From: a virus
Lineage: Duplodnaviria; Caudoviricetes
Strand: one strand, 5' to 3'
Virus record (IMG/VR): IMGVR_UViG_3300035562_000017
Location: 1 to 36,227 of that record
Length of the DNA stretch: 36,227 bases
Below the pieces are notes generated by a model. That model did no database searches. It saw only the letters and a program-made list of their open reading frames with translations, and had not been told where the DNA came from. Position 1 is the stretch's first letter; each line of letters begins with the position of its first letter. Below, piece by piece: positions 8,035 through 16,743 of the stretch. The translations under genes and the position numbers were made by a program.

Positions 8035-8509
8035 TGCCCAAATCAAGGCAGGGATCGGGGAGTGCATGCGGCAATGCCTGGTCGAAGGTAACCGGTTCGC
8101 CCCTGACTTGTCCGATTTTCTGACCTATGTCAGCAGCAGCACAAAGCATGGGCTTGGCATCGATGCAGAGGATGTGATGCAAGAATTCAACGCGTACTGC
8201 AAGAACCGTAGCCGATATAGTTGCGCAGAAACATACCCGTGGAAGCATCCTGTTTTTTATTGGATCTGCTGCGACCTTCGGGCAGAGATGATCCAGAAAA
8301 ACCTAACCAGCGGAGAGTTAGAAAAGCTGGCAAAGAAAAAACTGAACGCATGGGGGGCCAAAGTTCAAGCAGGAGAATCAATCCCAGAACCGGTGCCGCT
8401 CCTGTCAGAAAATGCATCATCCAAGAAACGCGGTGCACCTGGTGCCGGACATTCCGCAGCAATGGAAATGCTTAATCGATTGAGAAGTGGCAAACCAAAT
8501 ACGAATTGA
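7808..8509 (+). CDS. Replication protein P-like helicase loader
   Basis: WINAIGKL..QIKAGI..C...FAPDLSDF and YPWKHPVFYW motifs of the P family; GGAGGT RBS before ATG 7808; follows the initiator. Confidence 0.75.
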   Translation: MRQAGDMAREIISKAMQSKQFTQQQQECESSTDSQALDRTIRIWDRMVELYSDKWTRRNGLTPPSLWINAIGKLSDAQIKAGIGECMRQCLVEGNRFAPDLSDFLTYVSSSTKHGLGIDAEDVMQEFNAYCKNRSRYSCAETYPWKHPVFYWICCDLRAEMIQKNLTSGELEKLAKKKLNAWGAKVQAGESIPEPVPLLSENASSKKRGAPGAGHSAAMEMLNRLRSGKPNTN

Positions 8510-8660
8510 AATGCTGAAATTCCTGCGGCTACGGTGGGCAGATTGCGTTAAGTGTTACGCAGGCACATAACGAGACGTCTTTAGTTGTAAATCTTAACCA
8601 CGGCCCGTACAGAGAGTTTTAGCGCATATGCGAATTGTGAGAACAATCGCTATTTTTTAG

Positions 8661-8703
8661 TTGCATATAATTACCAAATTGGTAATGATTACCTAAATGG
8701 TGA
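8661..8703 (+). promoter_or_regulatory. Promoter with tandem operators
   Basis: TTGCAT (8661)-N17-AATGAT; TTACCAAATTGGTAA 8671-8685 and TTACCTAAATGGTGA 8689-8703. Confidence 0.75.
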
Positions 8704-8718
8704 TTTAAGGAGCAAGCA

Positions 8719-9189
8719 GTGAGCAAAGTAATCATCGGGATAGACCCAGGGTGTTCAGGCGCAATTGTCGTGTTGAATTCCGTCGGCACATATCAGAACG
8801 CAATTTTGACCCCAACGGTCAAGGTCGGCGCAAAAACCCGTGTTAACGGGGCCGCAGTCGCATCGTTTCTTCGTGCCTTCGACCTGACTGGCGCAGAGGC
8901 ATTTCTGGAGCAAGTCGGCGCTATGCCGGGGCAGGGAGTAAGCAGCATGTTCACCTTTGGGCACGCCGCTGGGGTAGTTGAAGGGATCCTGCAGGGGCTA
9001 ATGGTTCCCTACACCCTGGTAACACCACAAGCCTGGAAGAAAACCGCCGGGCTGATCGGTAGCGACAAAGACGCGGCACGCAGCCGGGCAATTCAGCTTT
9101 ACCCATCACTGCGGATCCTCGACCAGAAAGCAAAAGGCCAGGCCGTAGCCGATGCGCTGCTTATCGCCCGTCACGGCATTGGAGCATAG
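8719..9189 (+). CDS. RuvC-like Holliday junction resolvase
   Basis: IIGIDPG, AFLEQV, SMFTFG, VTPQAWKK, ADALLIA motifs. Confidence 0.88.
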   Translation: MSKVIIGIDPGCSGAIVVLNSVGTYQNAILTPTVKVGAKTRVNGAAVASFLRAFDLTGAEAFLEQVGAMPGQGVSSMFTFGHAAGVVEGILQGLMVPYTLVTPQAWKKTAGLIGSDKDAARSRAIQLYPSLRILDQKAKGQAVADALLIARHGIGA

Positions 9190-9191
9190 CC

Positions 9192-9404
9192 ATGGACAAC
9201 ATCGACCAGGCCAACGAACGCGCAGAGATGTACCTGAAAGCGCAACTCGATGCAGCAACCAAAAGAACAGTACTTCCAGCGGCGCATGAATGCGACGACT
9301 GCGGCGAACCAATACCAGAAGCACGGCGCAGAACCGTGCCCGGCGTCCGGCTCTGCATTGATTGCAAAGAGCTGGAAGAACTGCAACAACGTACACACAG
9401 ATAA
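9192..9404 (+). CDS. TraR/DksA C4 zinc-finger protein
   Basis: DxxDxA N-terminal motif (DNIDQA), CDDCGEPIPEARR...LCIDC. Confidence 0.92.
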   Translation: MDNIDQANERAEMYLKAQLDAATKRTVLPAAHECDDCGEPIPEARRRTVPGVRLCIDCKELEELQQRTHR

Positions 9405-9414
9405 GGGTTTGATA

Positions 9415-9909
9415 ATGAAAAATAACCTTGTAAATCAAGATATAAAAACTGATAAGCCAGTGCCAATGAGTTACGAAGCTTTGAAGGCTGAGCGCGATGC
9501 GCAGCAGAAACGAGCAGATGCGCTGGCTGTGGAGAATGCTGGGCTGAAGAAATCCGAAGTGCCACTGGGTGCGATCGAGAATGGTCGCGCTTTCGCTGAC
9601 CGCCTTGAGGCATATCCATTCGAGTGCCAAGGAGGAAATCTAAATATGTGCAGTGACTGGCAAGAGCTTCGCCGCTGCTTCGAGCATCTTTCTGAATGGG
9701 CTATGCACGGCCAGTCCGAAACCCCAGCCACTGACGCCGCCCTTGCAGCTATTCGCAGTAATGGGGTTGAACAGTTCATTGAGTTAAAGCTGAAACAGCT
9801 TGCCAGCATGCATCCTGACACCCACGCATTTGGCGCTACAGCCATGTCGATTCGCGCTCAGATTAACGAGTTGCAAGCTTTCGCCATCAAGCTGCGGGAG
9901 GCCAAATGA
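9415..9909 (+). CDS. Ead/Ea22-like accessory protein
   Basis: ALAVENAGLK and ETPATDAALAAIRSNGVE motifs typical of enterobacterial phage Ea proteins. Confidence 0.7.
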   Translation: MKNNLVNQDIKTDKPVPMSYEALKAERDAQQKRADALAVENAGLKKSEVPLGAIENGRAFADRLEAYPFECQGGNLNMCSDWQELRRCFEHLSEWAMHGQSETPATDAALAAIRSNGVEQFIELKLKQLASMHPDTHAFGATAMSIRAQINELQAFAIKLREAK

Positions 9910-10811
9910 GCAAGTCATTTCCTGAATGGTGGAAGCACGGGCAGAAGGTTCGCACAGCAAGTGATGGTGTTTTGACTCTCAACATTGCCGAGGATGCTGA
10001 ATACTGGTTGACCAATGATGCAGGGAAAGAGGTATCTGTTTTCTCAGCGGACATCCTTGGTCCAGTATCGATTCCTGAAGCGTGCGGGACGAATATCACC
10101 GAACTGGCACAGAGAAAAATTCGAAGCATGGGTGCGGGAGGCCAAATGAAAGAGCGCCCAGTGATTTTTAACGGAGAAATGGTTCGCGCCATTCTCGAAG
10201 GTCGAAAGACGCAGACGCGGCGCGCACTGAATTGGAAGCGTCAGCCGTACACAGAGATGTCCGAGCGTGATGATGGATCGTTGTGGCCGTGGGCAGAAGA
10301 CGGTGAGCGTGGTGGTGATATCTGGTTCCCCTGCCCGTTTGGTGAAGTTGGCGACCAGCTGTGGGTGCGGGAGACGTTCATGGACTTAACCGGAACCGGC
10401 ATTGAAGCCACTACCGGAAAGTTTGAGGGATACGCATATCGCGCCGACTCCCCTCCTGGCAGTTATGGAGATGAATCCCGCAAAGAGTACGGTCTTAAGT
10501 GGACACCTTCGCTTCACATGCCGCGTAAAGCCTGCCGCATCCTGCTGGAAATAACCGCCGTGCGTGTTGAGCAGCTGAACGATATCAGCGAAGAGGATGC
10601 GAGGGCTGAAGGCGTGAGAGTAGTCAAGGTGAGGGAAGATGGCGAACGATATTGCGACTACCTGTCGCCTGAAATAAACCACTACCGCAGACCAAGTGAC
10701 AGCTTCATCAGCCTGTGGGCGTCAATCTATGGCGAGGAAAGCTGGCAGGATAGCCCGTGGTGCTGGGTAATTGAATTCAAGCGCGTGGGAGGTAGTGATG
10801 CCAGCAAATGA
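9906..10811 (+). CDS. Phage protein: 80-aa N-terminal module fused in frame to an ASCH-like MKERPVIF...GRKTQTRR domain (internal start 10146)
   Basis: MVRAILEGRKTQTRR, LWVRET, WTPSLHMPR, WVIEF motifs from 10146, which has its own GGAGG RBS. Confidence 0.78.
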   Translation: MSKSFPEWWKHGQKVRTASDGVLTLNIAEDAEYWLTNDAGKEVSVFSADILGPVSIPEACGTNITELAQRKIRSMGAGGQMKERPVIFNGEMVRAILEGRKTQTRRALNWKRQPYTEMSERDDGSLWPWAEDGERGGDIWFPCPFGEVGDQLWVRETFMDLTGTGIEATTGKFEGYAYRADSPPGSYGDESRKEYGLKWTPSLHMPRKACRILLEITAVRVEQLNDISEEDARAEGVRVVKVREDGERYCDYLSPEINHYRRPSDSFISLWASIYGEESWQDSPWCWVIEFKRVGGSDASK

Positions 10812-11328
10812 ACTGAAGCCAGCACTGACACACAGCGAACTATGCCTGATTGCCGAACGGTTCCTGCGCAATAACGGATTCGCCGTCGCATTCCATGATC
10901 GCTTCGTTGCCGTTGTATCCACCGGAGAACAGCCGGATGCAATCGGCTTCCGTAATCTGGCCTCATGTCTGATAGAAGCCAAGTGCTCACGCGGTGACTT
11001 CCTGGCAGACAGAAAAAAGCGGTTCCGCATTCAGCCAGAAATTGGCATGGGCGACTGGCGTTTTTTCATCTGCGAGCCGGGGCTGATACGCATCGAGGAG
11101 CTTCCTGAGGGCTGGGGGCTGCTGAACGTGAAAGGTGGTCGTGTCTACAAGGTTCACGGGTGGCCGGGGAACTCAATGTGGTGCACCACGAAATACAAAC
11201 CGTTTCAGGCCAATAAGCAGGCCGAATGCGACTTCATGTACAGCGCACTGCGCCGTATGCAGATACGCGGCCACCTGTCAGAAGTTTATGACGGAATTCC
11301 AAAACCACAGGAGGCCCAGCATGGCTAA
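10798..11328 (+). CDS. MmcB-like PD-(D/E)XK putative nuclease
   Basis: PDAIGF...IEAKCSRGDFLADRKK, ELPEGWGLL motifs; GGAGG RBS before ATG 10798. Confidence 0.7.
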   Translation: MPANELKPALTHSELCLIAERFLRNNGFAVAFHDRFVAVVSTGEQPDAIGFRNLASCLIEAKCSRGDFLADRKKRFRIQPEIGMGDWRFFICEPGLIRIEELPEGWGLLNVKGGRVYKVHGWPGNSMWCTTKYKPFQANKQAECDFMYSALRRMQIRGHLSEVYDGIPKPQEAQHG

Positions 11329-11608
11329 GCGCAAGAGCAAAGACCAGCAATTCATTGACGACATGATCCGCTATCGAGGCATCGACTTTGCCCGTATTGG
11401 AATGATGGTTGAAGTCTATGGAGAGATTGGAACCATTATCGGCATGGGGGCATCAGCAAATCTAGAGGTTGTTTTTGCCAATCAGTTGAAATACAGCAAA
11501 CACCCAGCAGGCTGCCACCCGAATGATGAGGTGAGGTATTTCGACAAGTCTGGCGCGGTGATCGCCGACTACACCAAGGCGGCTGAAGCCCAGGAGAAAG
11601 CATCATGA
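11321..11608 (+). CDS. Hypothetical phage protein
   Basis: GGAGG RBS, start MAKRKSK, coupled to neighbours. Confidence 0.75.
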   Translation: MAKRKSKDQQFIDDMIRYRGIDFARIGMMVEVYGEIGTIIGMGASANLEVVFANQLKYSKHPAGCHPNDEVRYFDKSGAVIADYTKAAEAQEKAS

Positions 11609-11838
11609 GCAAAGTAAAAACGATGGGCGCTAGCCCGCTGAGCGGTTCTATTTTTTACGGCACGCTGAACACCGACAAGGGCCAGTGGGTTGGACAAAAA
11701 ACCGACGTCACTGATATGGCGTGCGCGGCGGTTGCAGAGCATCTGTACCACTCAAAAAAGAGCAAGGTTTACGAGCTGAAAGATGGCCGTGAAATCGTGC
11801 TTAGCATCGCCATTATCGAAGGGAAAACCCATGAATAA
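11605..11838 (+). CDS. Hypothetical phage protein
   Basis: ATGA coupling; SPLSGSIFYG...WVGQKTDVT motif. Confidence 0.75.
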   Translation: MSKVKTMGASPLSGSIFYGTLNTDKGQWVGQKTDVTDMACAAVAEHLYHSKKSKVYELKDGREIVLSIAIIEGKTHE

Positions 11839-12115
11839 GCTGAGCGAACTGAGCAAGCCTGTTGCATATACCGATGCGGATGAATTGAGATTTCACCACG
11901 CGACAAGTGATATGTGGCCGACCCCTCTTGGCTTTGGGAAAGATGCTCCACTCTACTCGCAAGAGTACGTATCCGCCCTGCTTGATGTTGCCATTGCACT
12001 TCGCGAGTGGATCGACGCGGTGCCGGATGAAGTAGCTGCCAGTCTGCCAACAATGCCCGGAGTTGATCGCGATTGGGTTGATTCTGTAATAGGTAAGGAG
12101 AACCGCAATGGATAA
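11831..12115 (+). CDS. Hypothetical Ea-type phage protein
   Basis: Start MNKLSELSKPVA, PLYSQEYVSALL, ALREWIDAVP motifs. Confidence 0.7.
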   Translation: MNKLSELSKPVAYTDADELRFHHATSDMWPTPLGFGKDAPLYSQEYVSALLDVAIALREWIDAVPDEVAASLPTMPGVDRDWVDSVIGKENRNG

Positions 12116-12743
12116 ATTCAGTGAGCTGAAAGCCACGGTCCCGTCCAACGTGAAAAGCCGTGAAGCTGTAGCTGCTGGCTTTGTCACCGATAACAACTCT
12201 GGGGGTTATTACGTCATTGAGTGCCAAGAATGTGGCGCAGTCTATCCGAGCCAGCAAGCAGACGGTGGCGGACAGATTGCAGACACCGGCGATTACAATG
12301 ACGCGATTTGCCCTCACTGCGGAGAAGAAAGCCCAGAGGAGTGTGAAAACGTCGGGTTAGCTTGGAATGTTCAGCAAGCCCAAATCATCACCCTGCTGGC
12401 AGAGCTGGAAGCGAAGGATAAGCGCATAGCCGAGCTGGAAAATGACCTGGGAACTAAGCATATGCGAGCCGTAGAGGAGGCGTTAGTTTACGCGACTGAT
12501 AGAGCGTCAGAACTGGAAGCCAAGCTGGCTGATCTGGAATCCGATTTGGCGCTAACTGAAGGATTGTGCGAAGTGGGGCTGAGTCAGTTAAGAGATGCCG
12601 AGCAGTTGAACAAAAAGATGCGGAAAACCGTTCGACTACCACGCCACGGCTTTATGACGACGGGTAATCCCGGCTATGCGAAAAATGATGTTATCGGTGC
12701 CATGAAAGAAGCCGGGGTCAGCTTCACTGTGGGGGATGAGTAG
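12108..12743 (+). CDS. Ead/Ea22-like protein with zinc ribbon
   Basis: CQECG...CPHCG, LLAELEAKDKRIAELE coiled coil; AAGGAG RBS. Confidence 0.75.
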   Translation: MDKFSELKATVPSNVKSREAVAAGFVTDNNSGGYYVIECQECGAVYPSQQADGGGQIADTGDYNDAICPHCGEESPEECENVGLAWNVQQAQIITLLAELEAKDKRIAELENDLGTKHMRAVEEALVYATDRASELEAKLADLESDLALTEGLCEVGLSQLRDAEQLNKKMRKTVRLPRHGFMTTGNPGYAKNDVIGAMKEAGVSFTVGDE

Positions 12744-13091
12744 ATGAGCAAAGTAACTTTCGTTGTTGAGTATGAGGATGGCAAAGAGCCAATGGTAGGC
12801 GCAGCTACCCAAGTGCACGGCGGAAAGCTGGTTTCCGTGGCATGGCGGGATGCGGTCAATGAACAGCTTAATTTGGCTGCTGACATCCTTCCTCCGCCAA
12901 ATACCACCGTGCTGACGTTTGATGCCAATGGTGAAGGCTGGCTACTCGGCTGGCGGTCACCGTGGCACCTCATGGGAGGGAAAGATACCGGCGCGTGGCA
13001 GTGGTCATTCCAAATTGACGGACTAAACCATGAGGACGTGAACATTACTCACTGGTTAGCGATACCAGATGAGCCACGGGAGGATGCATGA
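12744..13091 (+). CDS. DUF551-like (Eaa1-type) protein
   Basis: C-terminal ITHWLAIPDEP motif. Confidence 0.7.
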   Translation: MSKVTFVVEYEDGKEPMVGAATQVHGGKLVSVAWRDAVNEQLNLAADILPPPNTTVLTFDANGEGWLLGWRSPWHLMGGKDTGAWQWSFQIDGLNHEDVNITHWLAIPDEPREDA

Positions 13092-13198
13092 CACAGACAC
13101 TAACGACTGAACTGGAGGGCAATAAAGAATAAGAGTCACTGTAAAAATAATGAAATAATACACTGAAATTAAATGGAATTTATAATAGGAATAGTTTC

Positions 13199-13378
13199 GT
13201 GAAGGTATTTTTAATTTGGCTACTAATTAGCAGCCCAGCTTTATTTTTGTATAACATTCTCGGCTGGTTAGCCGTAGTCGTGTGGGTCGCGAATACGGTA
13301 ATCCTATCGCTCCTAACCAGGTATGTAATGACCCGAAAGCGCGGTAACTACGACGGGTGGGATGGGTACGACGACTAG
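13199..13378 (+). CDS. Small two-TM membrane protein, 59 aa (not in ORF track)
   Basis: GTG start, AGGA RBS; MKVFLIWLLISSPALFLYNILGWLAVVVWVANTVILSLLTRYVMTRKRGNYDGWDGYDD*. Confidence 0.6.
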   Translation: MKVFLIWLLISSPALFLYNILGWLAVVVWVANTVILSLLTRYVMTRKRGNYDGWDGYDD

Positions 13379-13393
13379 CTCAACACCCAGGAA

Positions 13394-13437
13394 TTGACAC
13401 CCGCTCACTCCCATTTATACTGTATGCATAAACAGTA
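13394..13437 (+). promoter_or_regulatory. LexA-repressed (SOS) promoter
   Basis: TTGACA 13394-13399, TATACT 13416-13421, overlapped by TACTGTATGCATAAACAGTA (13418-13437), a CTGT-N8-ACAG SOS box. Confidence 0.9.
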
Positions 13438-13455
13438 TTTTTAATGGTGAATATT

Positions 13456-13713
13456 ATGGCTTCGGGTGAACTCGGCTACGACGTCGTCTATCGCGGTGAA
13501 ACAATCACTTATATCCAAGAGGGTCGTTGGGTTTTCTTCCAGCGCCTGAAGGAATACGGCGGCGGCTACTGGCTCGGTCGAACTTATCACGACGCGTTCA
13601 TCTTTGGATTAGAGCGACCCACGTCCCTTGCGGAAGGTATCGATTTCATTTTCGCAATGAAAAGAGCAGAAAGTGGGTTTACTGCATTTGATGACGATTT
13701 CAAGCTGACTTAA
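13456..13713 (+). CDS. SOS-regulated hypothetical protein
   Basis: 85 aa from ATG 13456 (GGTGA RBS); aromatic-rich WVFFQRLKEYGGGYWLG. Confidence 0.8.
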   Translation: MASGELGYDVVYRGETITYIQEGRWVFFQRLKEYGGGYWLGRTYHDAFIFGLERPTSLAEGIDFIFAMKRAESGFTAFDDDFKLT

Positions 13714-13727
13714 GAAGGAAACTACTC

Positions 13728-14123
13728 ATGCTTCAAATGACCGCAATTGAAGAGAAGCGCCGGGCTGATGCCCGAGACCGTAAGAGAGCACAGCGTCAAC
13801 GCGAAAGAGAAGCGGCGAGCAGCGCCGCTGTAAGCGGCCGGCACCGGATTACGTTCGAGGTTAGCGATCACATCTTCGAGCAGATCCAGGCTAACTGCTC
13901 GGCACGTCGCCCAGGCAAAGAGCCGTATAGCGTCGATGAGTATTTCGAGTTGCTGGCGGTGCAGGATATCAATCAGTTAAAGCGACAGCTTGCAGAACTA
14001 GCCAGCCACAAATGCCAGTGCGGTGAATCGATGCCCGGCCCGAAGGGTGGATGTTTCCGCAATGGCGAAGCGGCATGCGGTCAAACTCAGATATGGCGCG
14101 ACCTGATGCTAAAGACGTTGTGA
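13728..14123 (+). CDS. Putative ribbon-helix-helix DNA-binding protein with C-terminal Cys cluster
   Basis: Basic ARDRKRAQRQRER helix, RITFEV beta-strand plus helices (ARRPGKEPYSVDEYFELL), CQC...C...C. Confidence 0.62.
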   Translation: MLQMTAIEEKRRADARDRKRAQRQREREAASSAAVSGRHRITFEVSDHIFEQIQANCSARRPGKEPYSVDEYFELLAVQDINQLKRQLAELASHKCQCGESMPGPKGGCFRNGEAACGQTQIWRDLMLKTL

Positions 14124-14175
14124 CGCGTCACATGATGAAGCGTGACGGGTCACTACAAGTCACACAGTGCAATGT

Positions 14176-14194
14176 CCGCCGCTTGGCGGTTTTT
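14176..14194 (+). terminator. Intrinsic terminator after the SOS operon
   Basis: CCGCC-GCTT-GGCGG-TTTTT. Confidence 0.6.
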
Positions 14195-14201
14195 CACTGC
14201 G

Positions 14202-14226
14202 TGTTATGATGTTACCAGGGAGGTAA
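14202..14226 (+). promoter_or_regulatory. terS promoter (extended -10) with operator over the RBS
   Basis: TGnTATGAT 14202-14210; TTACCAGGGAGGTAA 14212-14226 contains the GGAGG RBS. Confidence 0.72.
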
Positions 14227-14231
14227 TTATT

Positions 14232-14780
14232 ATGGCTAAAGACGGTAAACTTAACGCGCAGATGGAGCGATTCTGCCAAGAGTACATCAAAACCCCGGAC
14301 AACCAGACGGCTGCCGCTGCTGCAGCCGGCTATAAGAATGCGGCCGTGTCCGCATCGCGAAACATGGATAGCCCAAAGGTTCAGGAACGCATTGCAGAGC
14401 TGATGAAGCACAGGAACAAACGCACAAAGATAAGTGCCGACTACGTGCTAAATCGGCTGGTAGAAATTGACCAGATGGATGTACTGGACATTCTGAACGA
14501 TGACGGTGGCCTTAAGCCAATCAGCGCATGGCCAAAGGTGTGGCGCACGACCCTGAGCGGGTTGGACATCTCAACGACAATCACGAATTTCGATGAGACA
14601 ACGCTCGAGAACATGCTGAAAAAGATCAAGTGGCCAGACAAGGTGAAGAACCTCGAGCTGATCGGTAAGCATGTCGATGTGCAGGCATTCAAAGATCGGG
14701 TAGACGTCAACGTCAACGTAACCCTGGCTGACCGGCTGGCTAAAGCACGTAAGCGTACCCTGGAGAAAAAGACCACGTGA
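14232..14780 (+). CDS. terS: Terminase small subunit
   Basis: QMERFCQEYI...AAAAAGY, KIKWPDKVKNLELIGKH motifs; start MAKDGK 14232. Confidence 0.9.
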   Translation: MAKDGKLNAQMERFCQEYIKTPDNQTAAAAAAGYKNAAVSASRNMDSPKVQERIAELMKHRNKRTKISADYVLNRLVEIDQMDVLDILNDDGGLKPISAWPKVWRTTLSGLDISTTITNFDETTLENMLKKIKWPDKVKNLELIGKHVDVQAFKDRVDVNVNVTLADRLAKARKRTLEKKTT

Positions 14781-16249
14781 GTGATAACGAAGAGTTGCTC
14801 GAGCAGCAATTGGTTGAGGATATCGCCAGTTTCACGCATGACCCGCACGGATATGCGCTCTATGCGTTTCCATGGGGTGAAGAGGGAACGGAACTTCACG
14901 ATTCACCAGGGCCGCGGCAGTGGCAGGGGGAAGCATTCGAAGAGATTGGCGACCATCTTAAAAACCCTGAAACGCGTCACCAGCCGCTACTGATCGCACG
15001 GGCATCTGGCCACGGCATCGGCAAGTCAGCTTTTATCTCAATGCTGATGAAGTGGGGCATGGACACCTGCGAAGATTGCAAAGTTGTGGTGACCGCAAAT
15101 ACCGAGAACCAGTTACGCACAAAGACCTGGCCGGAGATCGCAAAGTGGCAACGCCTATCCATCACCAACGACTGGTTTAATTGCACGGCCACCGCCATCT
15201 ATGCCAATGACCCAGCGCATGCTAAATCGTGGCGCGCTGACGCCGTTCCTTGGTCAGAAAACAATACCGAGGCATTCGCCGGGCTGCACAACAAGGGTAA
15301 ACGCATCATCCTGATTTTTGATGAGGCATCAAACATTGCCGATCTGGTGTGGGAAGTTGCAGAGGGTGCGCTGACGGATGAGGGGACGGAAATTATCTGG
15401 GTAGCTTTCGGTAACCCGACGCGCAACATGGGCAGGTTCCGTGAGTGCTTCCGAAAATACCGGCATCGCTGGAAGGGTAAGCAGATAGACAGCCGCACGG
15501 TGGAGGGCACCAACAAGGAGCAGATCGCCAAGTGGGAACAGGACAACGGCGAGGATAGCGACTTTTTCAAGGTGCGTGTGCGTGGCATCTTCCCTGACGC
15601 GTCCGAAACCCAGTTCATTCCTACCGGCCTTACCGATGCTGCGCTGGCGCGGATAGTTACCGAGCGCGACGTTGCCCACGCCCCGACCATCATCGGTGTT
15701 GACCCGGCATACTCCGGTGCTGATGACGCGGTAATCTACATGCGGCGCGGGCTGCACACCAAGCTTTTATGGCGCGGGAGCAAGACAACTGACGAGCTGA
15801 TTATGGCAAAGCGCATTGCCGATTTTGAGGATGAGCATAACGCAGACGCTGTAAATATCGACTTCGGTTACGGTACCGGGATTCACTCTATCGGAACTGG
15901 CTGGGGACGGTCATGGACATTGGTACCATTCGGTAGCGCATCTAGCGATCCGCAGATGCTGAACAAACGCGGTGAGATGTACAACAACGCTAAGACATGG
16001 CTTAAGCTTGGTGGGGCGCTGGACGAACGCGAGACAGCCGAGGACTTATCCGCGGCTGAGTACAAGGTTAGGGTTGACGGTAAGATCGTGCTAGAGCCGA
16101 AAGAGAAGATTAAGGAGCGCTTGGGCCGCTCACCGGGTTGCGGTGATGCATTCGTGCTGACGTTCGCCTATCCGGTCACGAAGCGCCAGCACGCACTTCC
16201 CGGCGAGAAGCGCGGCGGTGTGGTTACAGAGTATGATCCTTATGCGTGA
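14777..16249 (+). CDS. terL: Terminase large subunit
   Basis: Walker A ASGHGIGKS, Walker B ILIFDEAS, GNP coupling motif, nuclease IIGVDPA, SPGCGDA. Confidence 0.95.
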   Translation: MSDNEELLEQQLVEDIASFTHDPHGYALYAFPWGEEGTELHDSPGPRQWQGEAFEEIGDHLKNPETRHQPLLIARASGHGIGKSAFISMLMKWGMDTCEDCKVVVTANTENQLRTKTWPEIAKWQRLSITNDWFNCTATAIYANDPAHAKSWRADAVPWSENNTEAFAGLHNKGKRIILIFDEASNIADLVWEVAEGALTDEGTEIIWVAFGNPTRNMGRFRECFRKYRHRWKGKQIDSRTVEGTNKEQIAKWEQDNGEDSDFFKVRVRGIFPDASETQFIPTGLTDAALARIVTERDVAHAPTIIGVDPAYSGADDAVIYMRRGLHTKLLWRGSKTTDELIMAKRIADFEDEHNADAVNIDFGYGTGIHSIGTGWGRSWTLVPFGSASSDPQMLNKRGEMYNNAKTWLKLGGALDERETAEDLSAAEYKVRVDGKIVLEPKEKIKERLGRSPGCGDAFVLTFAYPVTKRQHALPGEKRGGVVTEYDPYA

Positions 16250-16267
16250 TGGATTGTCGGAATTTCG

Positions 16268-16320
16268 AACTACTGCAAAAAGTGCAGTAGTTGCCATAAA
16301 AAAGCCCGCGGATGCGGGCT
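16268..16320. terminator. Paired hairpins between convergent genes
   Basis: AACTACTGCA-N5-TGCAGTAGTT (16268-16292); A6-GCCCGC-GGAT-GCGGGC-T (16298-16320), a minus-strand terminator. Confidence 0.75.
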
Positions 16321-16339
16321 ATCACTCCACGGCGTGACC

Positions 16340-16717
16340 TCAGCGAATATCAATATCTGGAACAATCACTGAAGGTTTGAAGGTTACACGGTAGAAGTAT
16401 TTGCTTGCCTTAACACCTTCAATTTGTTCCATGAACCATGTAACGTTGTCGCTAAGCCCGAGCATGTGCTTTTTGTACTGGTTCGGGCCAACCATGCAGA
16501 TGACACCAAGCGTTGTTGCGGTGCTGGTATTATCTTTCGAGCAAAGTCCCTCGATGGTAAGGACGTAGTCCCCAGTGATTCCGTTATAAAAAACGAATCG
16601 GCGATTAACTTCAAAATTGTCAGATGCAGTGCTCAGGTTCTTTGACACAACATCAGCATCGTTTACATCGCAGGCGGACAGTGCGAGGACTGCCAACAGC
16701 ATAAGTAGCTTCTTCAT
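16340..16717 (-). CDS. Phage lipoprotein
   Basis: MKK + hydrophobic core + lipobox LSAC; beta-rich mature domain (NFEVNRRFVFYNGITG, KKHMLGLSDNVTWF). Confidence 0.85.
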   Translation of the reverse strand: MKKLLMLLAVLALSACDVNDADVVSKNLSTASDNFEVNRRFVFYNGITGDYVLTIEGLCSKDNTSTATTLGVICMVGPNQYKKHMLGLSDNVTWFMEQIEGVKASKYFYRVTFKPSVIVPDIDIR

Positions 16718-16743
16718 GCTTCACCACCTAATTCAAAAAGCGC

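Noticed and set aside
8510-8660. Intergenic gap after the P-like gene
   Set aside because: Only a 19-codon ORF without RBS; no convincing structure found by eye
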